Below, piece by piece: positions 18,821-30,873 of a DNA stretch of 64,000 nt. The DNA lies in NCBI GenBank assembly GCA_965116885.1, contig OZ220741.1, positions 5,472,001 through 5,536,000 on the forward strand, read 5' to 3'. How positions within the stretch are numbered: position 1 is the stretch's first letter; each line of letters starts with the position of its first letter. The stretch comes from Candidatus Latescibacterota bacterium. GTDB lineage: Bacteria > Latescibacterota > UBA2968. The position numbers and the translations under genes were made by a program. Under the pieces are notes generated by a model. That model did not search any database and was not told where the DNA came from. It saw only the letters and a list, made by a program, of their open reading frames with translations.

Positions 18821-19790
18821 CCACCTGTTCCGCGACAAATTGCCAGAACAGCGCATTGCAAAAATCGAACCGCTCTCCGAAACCCGGGCGCACGCAGTCT
18901 GGAAAGTCACGACTGACCGCTCGGTATTTGCTGTAAAACACCACCTCTTTGCATCGCTCACCCGCGGCAAACCATACCACTTACTCTCCGTTGAACAAAA
19001 AGTCACAAACCATCTCCTCGCCAATGGTGTCTCTGTCCCCCGCATAATCGCAACCGACCACGACATGGTCATCTACGAATGGTGCGGCAATCACACCCTC
19101 GACGACATCTGCCAGACCACTGACCCCAGACCATTCGCACCCACTGTCATCAACACCCTTTGCGCCCTTGAAAAAGCGTTTTACAAACGCAGCGCCAAAT
19201 TCATCCCGCACATTGCGCCCGGATGTAGCGCAGATGACCTGCGAGAACAGTGGCATAGCACCACCCAATCACTCACAGAAACGCTTCCATCACTCGTACG
19301 CGATCCAAATGCCCCAGATCTGCTATCGACCTGGGAAACCCTCGTAAATGAACTCATCCACGCACCGCCAGCACTCGGTCCCACCGACTACAACGCCCGC
19401 AACATCGCGTGTCCAAATCCAGAAACGGCAACCGTTCTCGAACTCGCCAAAATTGGCTATGACTGGCCCGAACGCCGCCTGATACAATACACGACATCGC
19501 TCGGCGCGCACAAGCCCCACGGCCGCATCATTGGCCTTCTCACACCAGCACTTGCGCGGCACTACGCCCATTTTGCATCAAAATTGTATTCGACTCCAAC
19601 CGAAACCATCCTCCTGCGTCTCGATGCACACCACCTCATCTATCACCTGTTCGCAGCCCATATATGCCTGACAACGCCACACTGGCAAAATATCAAAACC
19701 CGCATCGCACAACACCAAAGCCAGATATCCCAGCCCTTATCCGAACATCCCCTGACAAACAAATTCCGCACGTATTTTGAAAAAAAATAA
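18798..19790 (+). CDS. aminoglycoside/choline phosphotransferase-like kinase-fold protein
   Basis: FAVKH, VPRII, GPTDYNARNI catalytic-loop-like motif. Confidence 0.6.
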   Translation: MPMTENINHLFRDKLPEQRIAKIEPLSETRAHAVWKVTTDRSVFAVKHHLFASLTRGKPYHLLSVEQKVTNHLLANGVSVPRIIATDHDMVIYEWCGNHTLDDICQTTDPRPFAPTVINTLCALEKAFYKRSAKFIPHIAPGCSADDLREQWHSTTQSLTETLPSLVRDPNAPDLLSTWETLVNELIHAPPALGPTDYNARNIACPNPETATVLELAKIGYDWPERRLIQYTTSLGAHKPHGRIIGLLTPALARHYAHFASKLYSTPTETILLRLDAHHLIYHLFAAHICLTTPHWQNIKTRIAQHQSQISQPLSEHPLTNKFRTYFEKK

Positions 19791-19818
19791 AGGCGATCCC
19801 ATTTCCTGGATCGCCTTT
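19789..19818. terminator. intrinsic (probably bidirectional) terminator
   Basis: AAAGGCGATCC / GGATCGCCTTT 11-bp inverted repeat between convergent genes. Confidence 0.7.
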
Positions 19819-19844
19819 CCTATCCATCACACAATGCCCTGCCC

Positions 19845-22800
19845 CTACGCGATATTTACCACCCGCTCAAAAATCGCCCGCGTCTGTGCCATATCATTCT
19901 TCAAAACATCTTCAAACACCTCAGCCGTATCAAACCCCATAGCCCGGGCTACTGCTGTCAACGCGCGGTCTTCGGTGGGCAAATGGGTGCGTGCCTGCTC
20001 ATCCTGGCGCCTGATCACTTTTTCTACAGTACGCAAAAAAACAAATGCTTGCTGAAGCCGTTGTGCATCTTCTGCCTCTAAAAACCCGCCTTCTACCAAT
20101 CTTCTCAGCGCCTCAAGCGTATTGGCACTGCGCAACTCCGGATGATCTTTGGCGAACTTCAACTGCAAAATTTGTGCAACAAACTCAATATCTACAATCC
20201 CCCCCGCATCTGTTTTGATACTCAACACCTTACGAGATCTTTGCCCATCCTTGCGCTCCATCTTCTTGCGAATATCCAACATTGTAGCTACCTCTTCATC
20301 CGAAAACCCGCTACCCACGACAAAAGGCTCAAACAAATTCAGCAACTTTTCTCCCAGAGCCGCATCGCCAGCGACGACCCGGCTGCGAGACAATGCCATG
20401 CGCTCCCACGTTGACGCGCGCGTCTCCAAATAGCGACTATAAGATTCCAGAGACAGTGCCAAAAGCCCGCTTGCCCCCTCGGGACGCAACCTCGGATCCA
20501 CTGGATAGAGCTTTCCCTGTGGCGTATTCTGTTCCAGCATCGCGATCATCTGCTGCGCCAGATCGATGAAAAATTGCAAATTCCCCTGCGGCCTTGCGCC
20601 ATCTGTTTCGCCATCTTCACCATATACAAATACGATATCCAGATCCGAACCAAAACTCAATTCGCCCCCCCCCATCTTGCCCAGGCCCAGCACCACAAAC
20701 CCGACCTCCTCACCGCTGCGATTGCGCGGCACCCCGCGTTTTTCCACCAACCGCGCATAAACCACCTCATAAACCGCCTGCACAACCGCATCGACCAACA
20801 TCGTCAACGCCTCAAATGTTTCAAACGTATCGGTCAAGCCCACGAGATCGCGCGTACCAAAACGCAACAATTCCCGATTTTTTACAGCATTTATTCCCCC
20901 CACCAATTCGGGTGTATCGCCATACCGCTCAACCTGTGCGCGAAACTGTTCTCGCAAAGCATCCATACCCGGACTGAGATGCAGCACTTCTGCCTCTGGA
21001 TCCAGATACAAAACCTCTGGACGAACCAGCCAATCGAGCAATCCGGGGTTGCGCCTTATCACCTGCACCAGAAATTGGCTGCCAACACACAAGGACAGCA
21101 TCAGTTGGCGAAATCCCTGATTGGATGCCAAAATTCGGAAAAACATATCGCCTGCACCATAAGCAGACACCAGACTCTCCAGATTGCTCAACCCCTGATC
21201 CGGATCGGCGGACTCCTGAAGTGCTTGCATCAATGCCGGTGCCAGTTCTGTAAAGCTCTCACGCGCTCGTGTACCCCGAATCCGCGGCACATGTCCAAAA
21301 GCCAGATAAATGAGATTGCGATGCGCCTCGCCCGGACGATCAAACCCGATCTCTTCCAACAACCCGCTGGCCTCTGCATCGCCTATTTCCATATTTACCA
21401 GCGCGCCTATAGAACGACCCTCGCTTTCTCGCGCCTCCGCAAAGACCTGGGCATACACCTCCTGCACAGCCTTCAAATGGACATCCAGTATTTTGCGATA
21501 CGCCTCAGCAGATCCCATATCCATCGTGCGCGCCAATACACCCTGTTCATCCTCCCCTTCGGGCAGCGAATAATCACTGCGATTGTGCATCATCTGCAAT
21601 CGGTGTTCCAAACGCCTGAAAAATACATAAGCATCCCTGAGCTGATCGGCTTCCTTACCCGACAGCGCAGACACCCGTTGCAACTGCCGAATAGCCTCAA
21701 GCGTATTGTCCGATCGCGCATTCTCGTGTATGCGCCCCACCAGCAATTGCAAACACTGCACAATAAATTCGATATCCCGAATGCCACCCGATCGCAACTT
21801 CAAATGCGTTTCGCGCTGCCCCTTGCTTCCAATCTGATCTTCTATACGCGCCTTAATGCGGTTGATCTCCGTTGCCGGACTGGTGTCAAAATAGCGCGGA
21901 TAAACAAAGGGTTGTACCATCTTCAAAAATCGCTGCCCCAGAGCTTCAGATCCCGCACAACAACGAGCCTTGATCAGCATTTGCCGCTCCCACAACTCGC
22001 CCCGCCGCATATAGTAGCCCTCATATCCGGCAAGAGGCATCACGAGCGCGCCAGCCGCGCCATCGGGGCGCAGGCGCATATCCATACGATACAAAAACCC
22101 CTCTGGCGTCACTTCTGTTGCCGCACGCACAATTTGCTCACACAATCGGGAGAAAAACTCCTGATTGGTCACAGAACGTTCACCATCCGTATTGCCCTCG
22201 GCACTATAGACAAACATCAAATCGATATCCGAACTAAAATTGAGCTCCATACCGCCCAACTTACCCAGCCCAAAAATCGCAAAATCCACGGGCTGTCCCT
22301 CGCCATTTCGCGGCATGCCATAACGCGCTTGCAGGTCGGGCAACAAAATATCAATCAGCTTTTGCAAACACACATCTGCCAAAACCGACAAATCAGCCGC
22401 AACATATTGAATAGCGCGCCCACCGGCCAGATCGCCCACGCCAATACGCAACAACTCGCGTCGCGAACTTCGCCGAATAGCATTGAGCTTGTCATCGCGC
22501 GTATCCACAGCCTCGACAGCCCCACCAAAAGACGCCAGCAATTGCTCTTTATCACACGATTGCTCGAAGTGATCGGAGGCATCTGACAACCAGTCAAAAA
22601 TATCGGGGTCGCGCACCAGCATATCAGCCATAAAAGGGCTACCGCCCAAAACGCACAACAACATGCGACACAACTCGGGATGCGCTTTGAGCGTGTGCAA
22701 AAACGATGCGCGATCAGCCTGCACAATGCGCAAAAAATTATTCAGCGCCATATCGGGGTCGGGCGCATCAATTAACGCCTGAAAAAAATCATCGGGAAGT

Positions 22801-22922
22801 TGGCCCCCAGCCTCTGAGCCAGCTAATTCTTCGAGATTGTGCAACGCGCGTTCAACATCCCGAAATCCCGCCTGTACAAGCGCGCCTTTCGCGTCAGATG
22901 TGTTAAAATCAAAAAAATTCAT
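19845..22922 (-). CDS. glnE: bifunctional glutamine synthetase adenylyltransferase/adenylyl-removing enzyme
   Basis: Two nucleotidyltransferase domains GKLGGMELNFSSDIDL and GKMGGGELSFGSDLD; RLRP.G..G; GGIRDIEF. Confidence 0.95.
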   Translation of the reverse strand: MNFFDFNTSDAKGALVQAGFRDVERALHNLEELAGSEAGGQLPDDFFQALIDAPDPDMALNNFLRIVQADRASFLHTLKAHPELCRMLLCVLGGSPFMADMLVRDPDIFDWLSDASDHFEQSCDKEQLLASFGGAVEAVDTRDDKLNAIRRSSRRELLRIGVGDLAGGRAIQYVAADLSVLADVCLQKLIDILLPDLQARYGMPRNGEGQPVDFAIFGLGKLGGMELNFSSDIDLMFVYSAEGNTDGERSVTNQEFFSRLCEQIVRAATEVTPEGFLYRMDMRLRPDGAAGALVMPLAGYEGYYMRRGELWERQMLIKARCCAGSEALGQRFLKMVQPFVYPRYFDTSPATEINRIKARIEDQIGSKGQRETHLKLRSGGIRDIEFIVQCLQLLVGRIHENARSDNTLEAIRQLQRVSALSGKEADQLRDAYVFFRRLEHRLQMMHNRSDYSLPEGEDEQGVLARTMDMGSAEAYRKILDVHLKAVQEVYAQVFAEARESEGRSIGALVNMEIGDAEASGLLEEIGFDRPGEAHRNLIYLAFGHVPRIRGTRARESFTELAPALMQALQESADPDQGLSNLESLVSAYGAGDMFFRILASNQGFRQLMLSLCVGSQFLVQVIRRNPGLLDWLVRPEVLYLDPEAEVLHLSPGMDALREQFRAQVERYGDTPELVGGINAVKNRELLRFGTRDLVGLTDTFETFEALTMLVDAVVQAVYEVVYARLVEKRGVPRNRSGEEVGFVVLGLGKMGGGELSFGSDLDIVFVYGEDGETDGARPQGNLQFFIDLAQQMIAMLEQNTPQGKLYPVDPRLRPEGASGLLALSLESYSRYLETRASTWERMALSRSRVVAGDAALGEKLLNLFEPFVVGSGFSDEEVATMLDIRKKMERKDGQRSRKVLSIKTDAGGIVDIEFVAQILQLKFAKDHPELRSANTLEALRRLVEGGFLEAEDAQRLQQAFVFLRTVEKVIRRQDEQARTHLPTEDRALTAVARAMGFDTAEVFEDVLKNDMAQTRAIFERVVNIA

Positions 22923-22941
22923 GTTGGATATCCAATACGAC

Positions 22942-22998
22942 GGGCGAAAGATCTTTCGCCCCTACAATCATCTGCGTTCATCTGCGTCATCTGCGGAT
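22942..22998 (-). repeat. GTAG-type REP palindrome plus (TCATCTGCGT)n repeat
   Basis: GGGCGAAAGATCTTTCGCCCCTAC, followed by ATCTGCGTTCATCTGCGTCATCTGCGG. Confidence 0.7.
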
Positions 22999-23002
22999 CA
23001 CT

Positions 23003-23789
<787 letters not shown>

Positions 23790-23796
23790 GCGAACT

Positions 23797-24366
23797 ATGA
23801 CTATTCGGGCCATCATCTTCGACATGGACGGTACACTCACAGAATCTTATATCAACTGGCCAGATCTGCGTTCAAAAATCAATTGTCCGCCCGAAAAAAC
23901 CATCATCGAACACATCGACAACTTACCCACAAAACAACGCAAACAGGCCACTGATATCCTTCTCCAAAAAGAATGGGAAGCAGCACAGCACGCCGCCATT
24001 CGCGCTGGCGCAGCAGAACTCATTGACGCACTGCGAGCGCGCAAGTACAAACTCGGCCTGGTCACCAACAACCACGGCGGCGCCATGCACTGCGTAATCA
24101 ACCGACTCAATCGCGCCTTTGACATCGCCCTCAGCCGAGACGACGGTCCCATAAAACCCAGCCCCTACCTCATCCACAAAACGCTCCAGGCCCTCGACAC
24201 TTCCCCAAACGAAGCCATAAGCATCGGCGATAGCCGTTACGATCTCATGGCCTCTGCCGCCGCCCACGTGCGCTGTATTCACTTCACCGATGGCGCATCC
24301 GACCTCACGCACGATCTCCAGGTCGCGTCACTACCTGCGATCATACCGCTCCTGGACCGGCTTTAG
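23797..24366 (+). CDS. HAD-family hydrolase
   Basis: FDMDGTL, VTNN, KPSP, IGDSRYD motifs. Confidence 0.9.
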   Translation: MTIRAIIFDMDGTLTESYINWPDLRSKINCPPEKTIIEHIDNLPTKQRKQATDILLQKEWEAAQHAAIRAGAAELIDALRARKYKLGLVTNNHGGAMHCVINRLNRAFDIALSRDDGPIKPSPYLIHKTLQALDTSPNEAISIGDSRYDLMASAAAHVRCIHFTDGASDLTHDLQVASLPAIIPLLDRL

Positions 24367-25537
24367 CAGAAACTAACTTTTCTGCACACATTCGGATACG
24401 CGCCAACGCCTTTTCGATATTTTCCACAGAATTCGCGTAAGAAAACCGCAAATATCCCTCGCCGTATTCCCCAAAGTCCGACCCTGCCAGACACGCTACG
24501 TGTCCCTCATTCAAAATCACATCCGCAACTTCTGCAGACGACTTGCCCAATCCTTTGATATTTGGAAACGCGTAAAAAGCCCCCTCGGGCATCGGACATG
24601 TAATCCCCTCAATCTCATTCAACCCCTCTACAATAAGCGCACGCCGTTTGCGAAACGCAGCCATCATATCTCCAACCGCATCCTGCGGACCCTTCAACGC
24701 AGCCACAGCCGCCATTTGCGTAAACGCAGCCGTACACGAATTGCTATTGACCATCAGCCGGTCAAAATGCGGCACGAGATCCATCGGCATTACCCCATAA
24801 CCAATGCGCCAACCCGTCATCGCATACGTCTTGGAAAACCCATCGAGAATAATCAACAAATCGGCAATCCCCTCACACGCCGAAATACTGTGAAACGCAT
24901 CGCCATAGACCATCCGGGAATAAATCTCATCGGACAACACGGGAATCTGGTGCTCGACCGCCACCTCGGCAATCGCCTGCAAATCGCCTTCGGGAATTAT
25001 GCCTCCCGTGGGATTTTGCGGTGAATTTAGAATAATCAGCTTTGTGCGTTCCGTCACCAGATCGCGCAACTGATCCGCATTCAGGCTAAACCCGCGATCC
25101 TCCGTCAAAGGCACAGGCACGGGTTGCGCACCCGCAAAGCGAATCACCGACTCGTAAATCGGAAAACCCGGATTCGGATAAATCACCTCATCATCCTGCT
25201 CTGCCAATGCGAGAATAGAATAAAACATAATTGGCTTGGCACCGGGTGTCACCACCACCTGATCGGGGTGCACGTCAATCTGCCGCGTTGTCGAAATCTC
25301 TTCGGCTATTGCTTCCCGTAACTCGGGCAATCCCACGGGCGGACCGTAATGCGTAAATCCATCGGACAGCGCTCTTTGCCCCGCCTCGACAATATGCGCG
25401 GGCGTATCAAAATCCGGCTCGCCAATCTCCAGATGCACCACATCGTGCCCCATCGCCTCCAGCGCGCGCGCCTTTACCAGCACCTCAAAAGCCGATTCCG
25501 TACCCAACAGCGACATGCGATTTGCAATATTCATCAT
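24341..25537 (-). CDS. PLP-dependent aminotransferase class I/II (aspartate aminotransferase-like)
   Basis: GEPDFDTP, NSPQNPTG, SDEIY, SKTYAMTGWRIG. Confidence 0.93.
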   Translation of the reverse strand: MMNIANRMSLLGTESAFEVLVKARALEAMGHDVVHLEIGEPDFDTPAHIVEAGQRALSDGFTHYGPPVGLPELREAIAEEISTTRQIDVHPDQVVVTPGAKPIMFYSILALAEQDDEVIYPNPGFPIYESVIRFAGAQPVPVPLTEDRGFSLNADQLRDLVTERTKLIILNSPQNPTGGIIPEGDLQAIAEVAVEHQIPVLSDEIYSRMVYGDAFHSISACEGIADLLIILDGFSKTYAMTGWRIGYGVMPMDLVPHFDRLMVNSNSCTAAFTQMAAVAALKGPQDAVGDMMAAFRKRRALIVEGLNEIEGITCPMPEGAFYAFPNIKGLGKSSAEVADVILNEGHVACLAGSDFGEYGEGYLRFSYANSVENIEKALARIRMCAEKLVSAKAGPGAV

Positions 25538-25550
25538 CTCACCTCACGCC

Positions 25551-26114
25551 TTACTTGATAACAATTGCGTGTGCAACTTCGGGACCGTGAACCCCCAGCG
25601 TCAACCGCATCTCAATATCTGCGGTTCGGCTCGGTCCAGAAATAAAAGTCGCCGTTGCATTTTCGGGATGATCCAGATAAAACTGGCGCAACGGCTCAGC
25701 CGCATCCCTCAAATTTGCCAGCAGTGTACTCGCCCTAAAAATACCGATATGTACGCGGGGCAATGTCGAAACAAGACGCACGGCATCATCCAGAGCAAAC
25801 TCGACGAGACTACCCGACTCAGCCACCGCAAAAACCGCCCAGGACACCCCCGCCTCGGCAGCATCAATCGCGTGGGGCAATTCGGAACTGTCAAAAGGCG
25901 GCACGCGCACATCAATCCCCGCATCCACACACGCGCGTTCAACAGCATCGTCTAACCCATCGGGCAACTCGGCAAACACAACCCGCTCACACCCCACCTT
26001 CCTGAGCACACTCACCACAATGGGCGCAACCGCATCAGCATCCTCAGCCACATGCGCGACACCGGATAAAGACGCGTACTTTTTCACAAAAGCATCGATC
26101 AATTCATCACTCAT
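25551..26114 (-). CDS. LUD domain protein (LutC/YkgG family)
   Basis: AESGSL, LPRVH, ISGPSRTADIE..L.LGVHGP. Confidence 0.88.
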   Translation of the reverse strand: MSDELIDAFVKKYASLSGVAHVAEDADAVAPIVVSVLRKVGCERVVFAELPDGLDDAVERACVDAGIDVRVPPFDSSELPHAIDAAEAGVSWAVFAVAESGSLVEFALDDAVRLVSTLPRVHIGIFRASTLLANLRDAAEPLRQFYLDHPENATATFISGPSRTADIEMRLTLGVHGPEVAHAIVIK

Positions 26115-26383
26115 AATCCACCTGATCAATTGAGAATTAAAAATTAAAAATTAAAAATTATCCCCGCCCCCCAATTCGCGTTTTAATTTTCATTCAGGGG
26201 ACATTCATTGCAACGCTTTAATTTGCCATCGAAGTATCAAAGAACATTCAAATTAATGTGAAATACCTTTCCACGCAAGTACACATACAGAGTACACCAC
26301 TACTTTACCCTTTACCCTTTGAACTCTCCACTTTATCTTTACTCCATTCCGCACTTACTATCCATTGTTCACTGGAAACTACC

Positions 26384-27382
26384 ATGCACTCTCCAATACG
26401 CATCGCACAAATCGGCCTCGGGCCACTCGGCCAGATGCTCACCCCTTATCTGGCAAAACGATCGGGCATTGAAATCGTCAGCGCCGTTGACATTGACCCA
26501 TCCAAAACAAATCGCGACCTGGGCGACGTGAGCCAATGCGACCAACCCCTCGGCATAGCCATCACCGACGATCTCGACAGGGGCTTGGCCGACGCAGACC
26601 TCGCCGTAGTGACAACCGTATCAGAACTCCAACGCATCGCCCCCACATTAAAAGCAATTATCGACCGGGGCGTCAACATCGTCTCAACCTGCGAAGAACT
26701 GTCTTATCCCTGGACAACACACCCCGAATTATCCGCAACCATCGACACCTGGGCAAAAGAACGCGACGTCTCAGTCCTCGGAACCGGCATCAACCCCGGC
26801 TTCCTCATGGACTTCTTGCCCACAGCGGCCACGGGCGTGTGTCACACCGTGCAATCCATACGCATAGAACGCATCCAGGACGCCTCTGCGCGCCGCCTCC
26901 CCTTTCAGCAAAAAATAGGAGCGGGACTCACCGTTGAAGAATTTCAAAACCTCGTCGCCCAACAAAAAATCCGACACGTCGGCCTCACCGAATCCATGCA
27001 CATGATCGCGGCGCGATTGGGATGGCAACTCGACCACACCGAAGACATCGTAGAACCCGTCCTCGCAAAACCGGGACATTGTGCAGGCGTACTACAAACG
27101 GGACGGGGATACCATAACGGACGGGAAGTCCTCACCCTCATCTTCAAAGCAGCCGTCGGACAACTGATACACAACGGCGACTCAATCGAATCTCAGGAGC
27201 GCATCCAGATCAAGGGCACGCCCGCTTACGACCTCATCATACCCGGCGGCATCAACGGCGACATCGCCACCTGTGCGGTCATCGCCAATGCCATCCCAAT
27301 AGTCGCATCTGCCGCCCCCGGACTGCGCACCATGATCGACATCCCCCCGCTCTCCTGTGCCCAGGAAATCCCCGAGGGATAA
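26384..27382 (+). CDS. NAD(P)-dependent dihydrodipicolinate-reductase-like / 2,4-diaminopentanoate dehydrogenase-like oxidoreductase
   Basis: GLGPLG Rossmann motif, STCEEL.YPW, GTGINPGFLMD, GDIAT. Confidence 0.8.
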   Translation: MHSPIRIAQIGLGPLGQMLTPYLAKRSGIEIVSAVDIDPSKTNRDLGDVSQCDQPLGIAITDDLDRGLADADLAVVTTVSELQRIAPTLKAIIDRGVNIVSTCEELSYPWTTHPELSATIDTWAKERDVSVLGTGINPGFLMDFLPTAATGVCHTVQSIRIERIQDASARRLPFQQKIGAGLTVEEFQNLVAQQKIRHVGLTESMHMIAARLGWQLDHTEDIVEPVLAKPGHCAGVLQTGRGYHNGREVLTLIFKAAVGQLIHNGDSIESQERIQIKGTPAYDLIIPGGINGDIATCAVIANAIPIVASAAPGLRTMIDIPPLSCAQEIPEG

Positions 27383-29263
27383 ATGCCACCTCTTCTAAGC
27401 GATTTCGACCTGCACCTGCACAGCGAAGGCAATCACCACCACATCTACGATTGCCTCGGCGCACACCCCACAGAAAAAGGCGTACATTTTGCCGTGTGGG
27501 CGCCCAATGCTCAGCGCGTAAGCGTGGTTGGCGACTTCAACGCCTGGAATAGATGCCAGCACCCCATGCAAAACAGAGGCAGCACAGGTGTATGGGAACT
27601 ATTTATCCCCCACCTGACGCCCGGCACCCTCTACAAATACGAAATCAAAACCCAAAACGGCGATATCTTCACCAAAAGCGACCCCTATGCCTTCTGTATG
27701 GAACACCGCCCGCGCACAGCCTCTGTCGTGTACCAGCCCAACGACGCCCTGTGGTCCGATGCCGAATGGCTGCAAACCCGCCAGCAAAGAGACCCATACA
27801 CAGACCCAATCGCCATATACGAAGTACACCCCGGCTCATGGCGGCGCAACCCACAAGAAAACAACCGACCACTCACCTATCGCGAACTCGCGCATGAACT
27901 CGTCGAATACGTCCTCGAAATGGGCTACACCCACATCGAACTCCTCCCCATCATGGAACACCCCTTAGACGAATCCTGGGGATATCAGGTCACGGGCTAT
28001 TACGCGCCAACCAGCCGTTTTGGCACGCCAGACGATTTCAAATACCTCGTCAACCATTGCCACACCCACGGCATAGGCGTCATCCTCGATTGGGTACCCG
28101 CACACTTCCCAACAGACGCACATGGGCTCGCACAATTTGACGGATCTGCCCTGTACGAACACGCCGACCCCCGGCAGGGCACACACCCCGATTGGGGCAC
28201 CTTAATTTTCAATTACGGACGCAATGAAGTGCGCAACTTTCTCATCGCCAATGCCCTCTTCTGGATCGAAAAATATCACATCGACGGATTGCGCGTCGAT
28301 GCCGTTGCCTCCATGCTCTACCTCGACTATTCCCGCAAAGAAGGCGAATGGATCCCCAACCAATATGGCGGCAGGGAAAATTTAGACGCCATCGCCTTTA
28401 TGCACCAGCTCAACACCTTGATCCACGAAAAGTTCCCGGGCGTCTTGATGATCGCCGAAGAATCCACCTCCTGGCCCGGCGTCTCTCGCCCCGTCTATCT
28501 GGGCGGCCTCGGCTTTGGATTCAAATGGAACATGGGCTGGATGAACGACACCCTATCCTACATCTCCAAAGAACCGATCCACCGCAAATACCACCACGAC
28601 AACCTCACCTTTGGCCTCGTCTATGCCTTCCACGAAAACTTCATCCTCGTACTCTCCCACGACGAAGTCGTTCACGGCAAACGCGCCCTCATCGACAAAA
28701 TGCCCGGCGACCGCTGGCAAAAATTCGCCAATCTGCGCGCCTTTTACGCCTTTCAATACGCCCATCCCGGCAAAAAGTTGCTCTTTATGGGCGGCGAACT
28801 CGGCCAGTGGCAAGAGTGGAACTCACAGGAAAGCGTACACTGGCACCTGCTCGAAGACCCCGACCACGCGGGCCTGAAACGCTTTGTAAGAGACCTCAAC
28901 ACCCTCTACCGGGGAGAACCGGCACTCTACGAACGGGATTTTGAACCCGAAGGCTTTGAATGGATCTCGCTCCACGACGCCTCCAACAGCGTCCTATCCT
29001 TCCTGCGCCGCGCGCGATCACACAATGCCCCTTTAATTTTTGCCTGCAACTTTACCCCCGTCCCAAGAGAAAACTACCGCATTGGCGTACCCACCCCGGG
29101 CACCTACCGCGAACTCATCAACAGCGACGCCGAACGCTATGGCGGCAGCAACATGGGCAACCTCGGCACCGTCCACACCGAACCCATCGCAAGTCACGGA
29201 CATCCACAATCCCTGCAAATCACCCTCCCCCCACTCGCCGCTGTCATGTTCAAACCCGAGTAA
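27383..29263 (+). CDS. glgB: 1,4-alpha-glucan branching enzyme
   Basis: [53 protein letters not shown]. Confidence 0.97.
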   Translation: MPPLLSDFDLHLHSEGNHHHIYDCLGAHPTEKGVHFAVWAPNAQRVSVVGDFNAWNRCQHPMQNRGSTGVWELFIPHLTPGTLYKYEIKTQNGDIFTKSDPYAFCMEHRPRTASVVYQPNDALWSDAEWLQTRQQRDPYTDPIAIYEVHPGSWRRNPQENNRPLTYRELAHELVEYVLEMGYTHIELLPIMEHPLDESWGYQVTGYYAPTSRFGTPDDFKYLVNHCHTHGIGVILDWVPAHFPTDAHGLAQFDGSALYEHADPRQGTHPDWGTLIFNYGRNEVRNFLIANALFWIEKYHIDGLRVDAVASMLYLDYSRKEGEWIPNQYGGRENLDAIAFMHQLNTLIHEKFPGVLMIAEESTSWPGVSRPVYLGGLGFGFKWNMGWMNDTLSYISKEPIHRKYHHDNLTFGLVYAFHENFILVLSHDEVVHGKRALIDKMPGDRWQKFANLRAFYAFQYAHPGKKLLFMGGELGQWQEWNSQESVHWHLLEDPDHAGLKRFVRDLNTLYRGEPALYERDFEPEGFEWISLHDASNSVLSFLRRARSHNAPLIFACNFTPVPRENYRIGVPTPGTYRELINSDAERYGGSNMGNLGTVHTEPIASHGHPQSLQITLPPLAAVMFKPE

Positions 29264-29542
29264 AATGCAAAAACTGGGTATCAAGCGTCCCTGATTACCG
29301 TCCGTATATGGATTATAGTCCATATACGGATGTTTATATATAACTATTTATTAATCAATAACATAAGAGCCAGTCTGAATTTTTTTGAACCATATACGGT
29401 TCAAAGGACATAAAATTCGGGCTGGTTTTTTTGTTGGCATATAAATTTTATCTCAAATAAAAATAATATCTTATGAGTATTTATTTGGATTCTGTTCACG
29501 TTGGCACGCTTTTTGCATTATATCCAAACATTTAATGCCATA
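29262..29542 (+). repeat. ~280-bp near-identical direct repeat (copy 1) of 40146-40427: activator 3' end, UAS dyads and sigma54 promoter
   Basis: Read by eye, the two stretches differ at only a few positions. Confidence 0.93.
29501..29517 (+). promoter_or_regulatory. sigma54 promoter (copy 1)
   Basis: TTGGCACGCTTTTTGCA; CCRTATAYGG dyads at 29301, 29319 and 29385. Confidence 0.85.
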
Positions 29543-29972
29543 CATACGTGAGGTGGCGGACAGTGCTGAAGATGAGATTTATGCCTACGGCGGCCTGGGC
29601 ACCACCAGTGAGCAGGACATCCAGGACTTTTCAATGAAAATCAGAGGCTCGACGGGAACCCTGAAAATTTGCGTACGTGACCACGAATGCGAAGATGGCG
29701 ATAGGATCAGGGTTGAGGTCAATGGCAGGAGCATATTTTCCGGAGAAATTGACAACGACTGGGACTGCTACACGCTGGATGTGTGGTCAGGAGAGAGCTA
29801 TGCAGTGGAATTGACAGCCCTCAACGGCACGGGATACAAGGGAGACTGTAGCTACCGAGACGAAAACACGGGTGAGATCCGCGTTACTGGGGAGAACACA
29901 GAGACGCAGGTATGGCGTCATCGTGGAGGAGCCGGATCGAAAGCGCGGATCATCGTGGAAACAGCGAGGTGA
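29535..29972 (+). pseudogene. 5'-deleted copy of the GIWSDG-repeat protein (C-terminal domain only)
   Basis: Nearly identical to the last ~130 aa of 40669-41805; lacks signal peptide, repeats and RBS. Confidence 0.7.
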
Positions 29973-30014
29973 GATCCAAATGTCGTTCAAAATATTAATG
30001 AAAGGAGAGCCAAG

Positions 30015-30830
30015 ATGTATCGTCACTGTATTTGTGCAGGTGTATTAATTCTTCTGAGCCTTCCCCTATGGTCACAACAGAACACCGGGGATAGTGTGCC
30101 TTCACCTGGGGAGACATTTCAAGACTGTGCTGAATGTCCAAAGATGGTTGTTGTGCCATCGGGAAGGTTCACGATGGGGTCACCCAAGCGTGAGGGGGGT
30201 GATGATGATGAAAAACCGATGCGCAGGGTGCGTATAGATTACCGGTTTGCGGTGGGTGTATATGAGGTGACCTTTGACGAATGGTATGCCTGTGCGGATG
30301 CAGGAGGTTGTGGAAGCTATGTGCCGGATGATGAGGGCTGGGGCCGCGGGAATCGTCCGGTGGTGAATGTGAGTTGGAAAGATGCCCAGTCTTATTTGCG
30401 TTGGCTGTCTGCCCGGACGGGTAAAACGTATCGTTTATTGAGTGAAGCGGAATGGGAGTATGTGGCACGCGCAGGCACAGAGACAGCGTATAGCTGGGGT
30501 GACAGCGTAGGTGTCAACCGCGCCAATTGCGATGGTTGCGGCAGTCAGTGGGATGATAAGATGACAGCACCAGTGGGATCTTTCGCGGCCAATGCTTGGG
30601 GCGTGTACGATATGCACGGGAATGTAGGGGAATGGGGGCAGGATCATTGGAATGAGAATTACAGGGGCGCACCTTTAGACGGTTCTGCGAGGGAGCCTGA
30701 GGATACCCTTTATCGCGTATTACGTGGTGGTTCGTGGCTCGACAGACCGGGGGACTTGCGTTCGGCGAATCGCGACAAGGGCTTCATCCGGTCCTCCCGC
30801 CGCGGTTTTCGAGTTGCCCGGTCTTTTTAA
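30015..30830 (+). CDS. secreted FGE-sulfatase (SUMF1/CLec-fold) domain protein 1
   Basis: Signal peptide; FQDC.ECPKMV, YEVTF, RLLSEAEWEY, DMHGNV.EW, RGGSW, GFRVAR. Confidence 0.9.
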   Translation: MYRHCICAGVLILLSLPLWSQQNTGDSVPSPGETFQDCAECPKMVVVPSGRFTMGSPKREGGDDDEKPMRRVRIDYRFAVGVYEVTFDEWYACADAGGCGSYVPDDEGWGRGNRPVVNVSWKDAQSYLRWLSARTGKTYRLLSEAEWEYVARAGTETAYSWGDSVGVNRANCDGCGSQWDDKMTAPVGSFAANAWGVYDMHGNVGEWGQDHWNENYRGAPLDGSAREPEDTLYRVLRGGSWLDRPGDLRSANRDKGFIRSSRRGFRVARSF

Positions 30831-30873
30831 CTCGTGATTCTTTACAGAAACATCAACGAAAGGAAGGTGCGTC

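Noticed and set aside
20574..22586. 670-aa plus-strand ORF (and similar long ORFs at 45133-46182, 47397-48455, 53538-54791, 60143-61171)
   Set aside because: Antisense shadows of well-supported genes; no recognisable motifs.
26134..26195. AAAATTA heptamer runs (also TAATTTT/TAATTCC at 61155-61197)
   Set aside because: Short low-complexity intergenic repeats with no further structure I can support.
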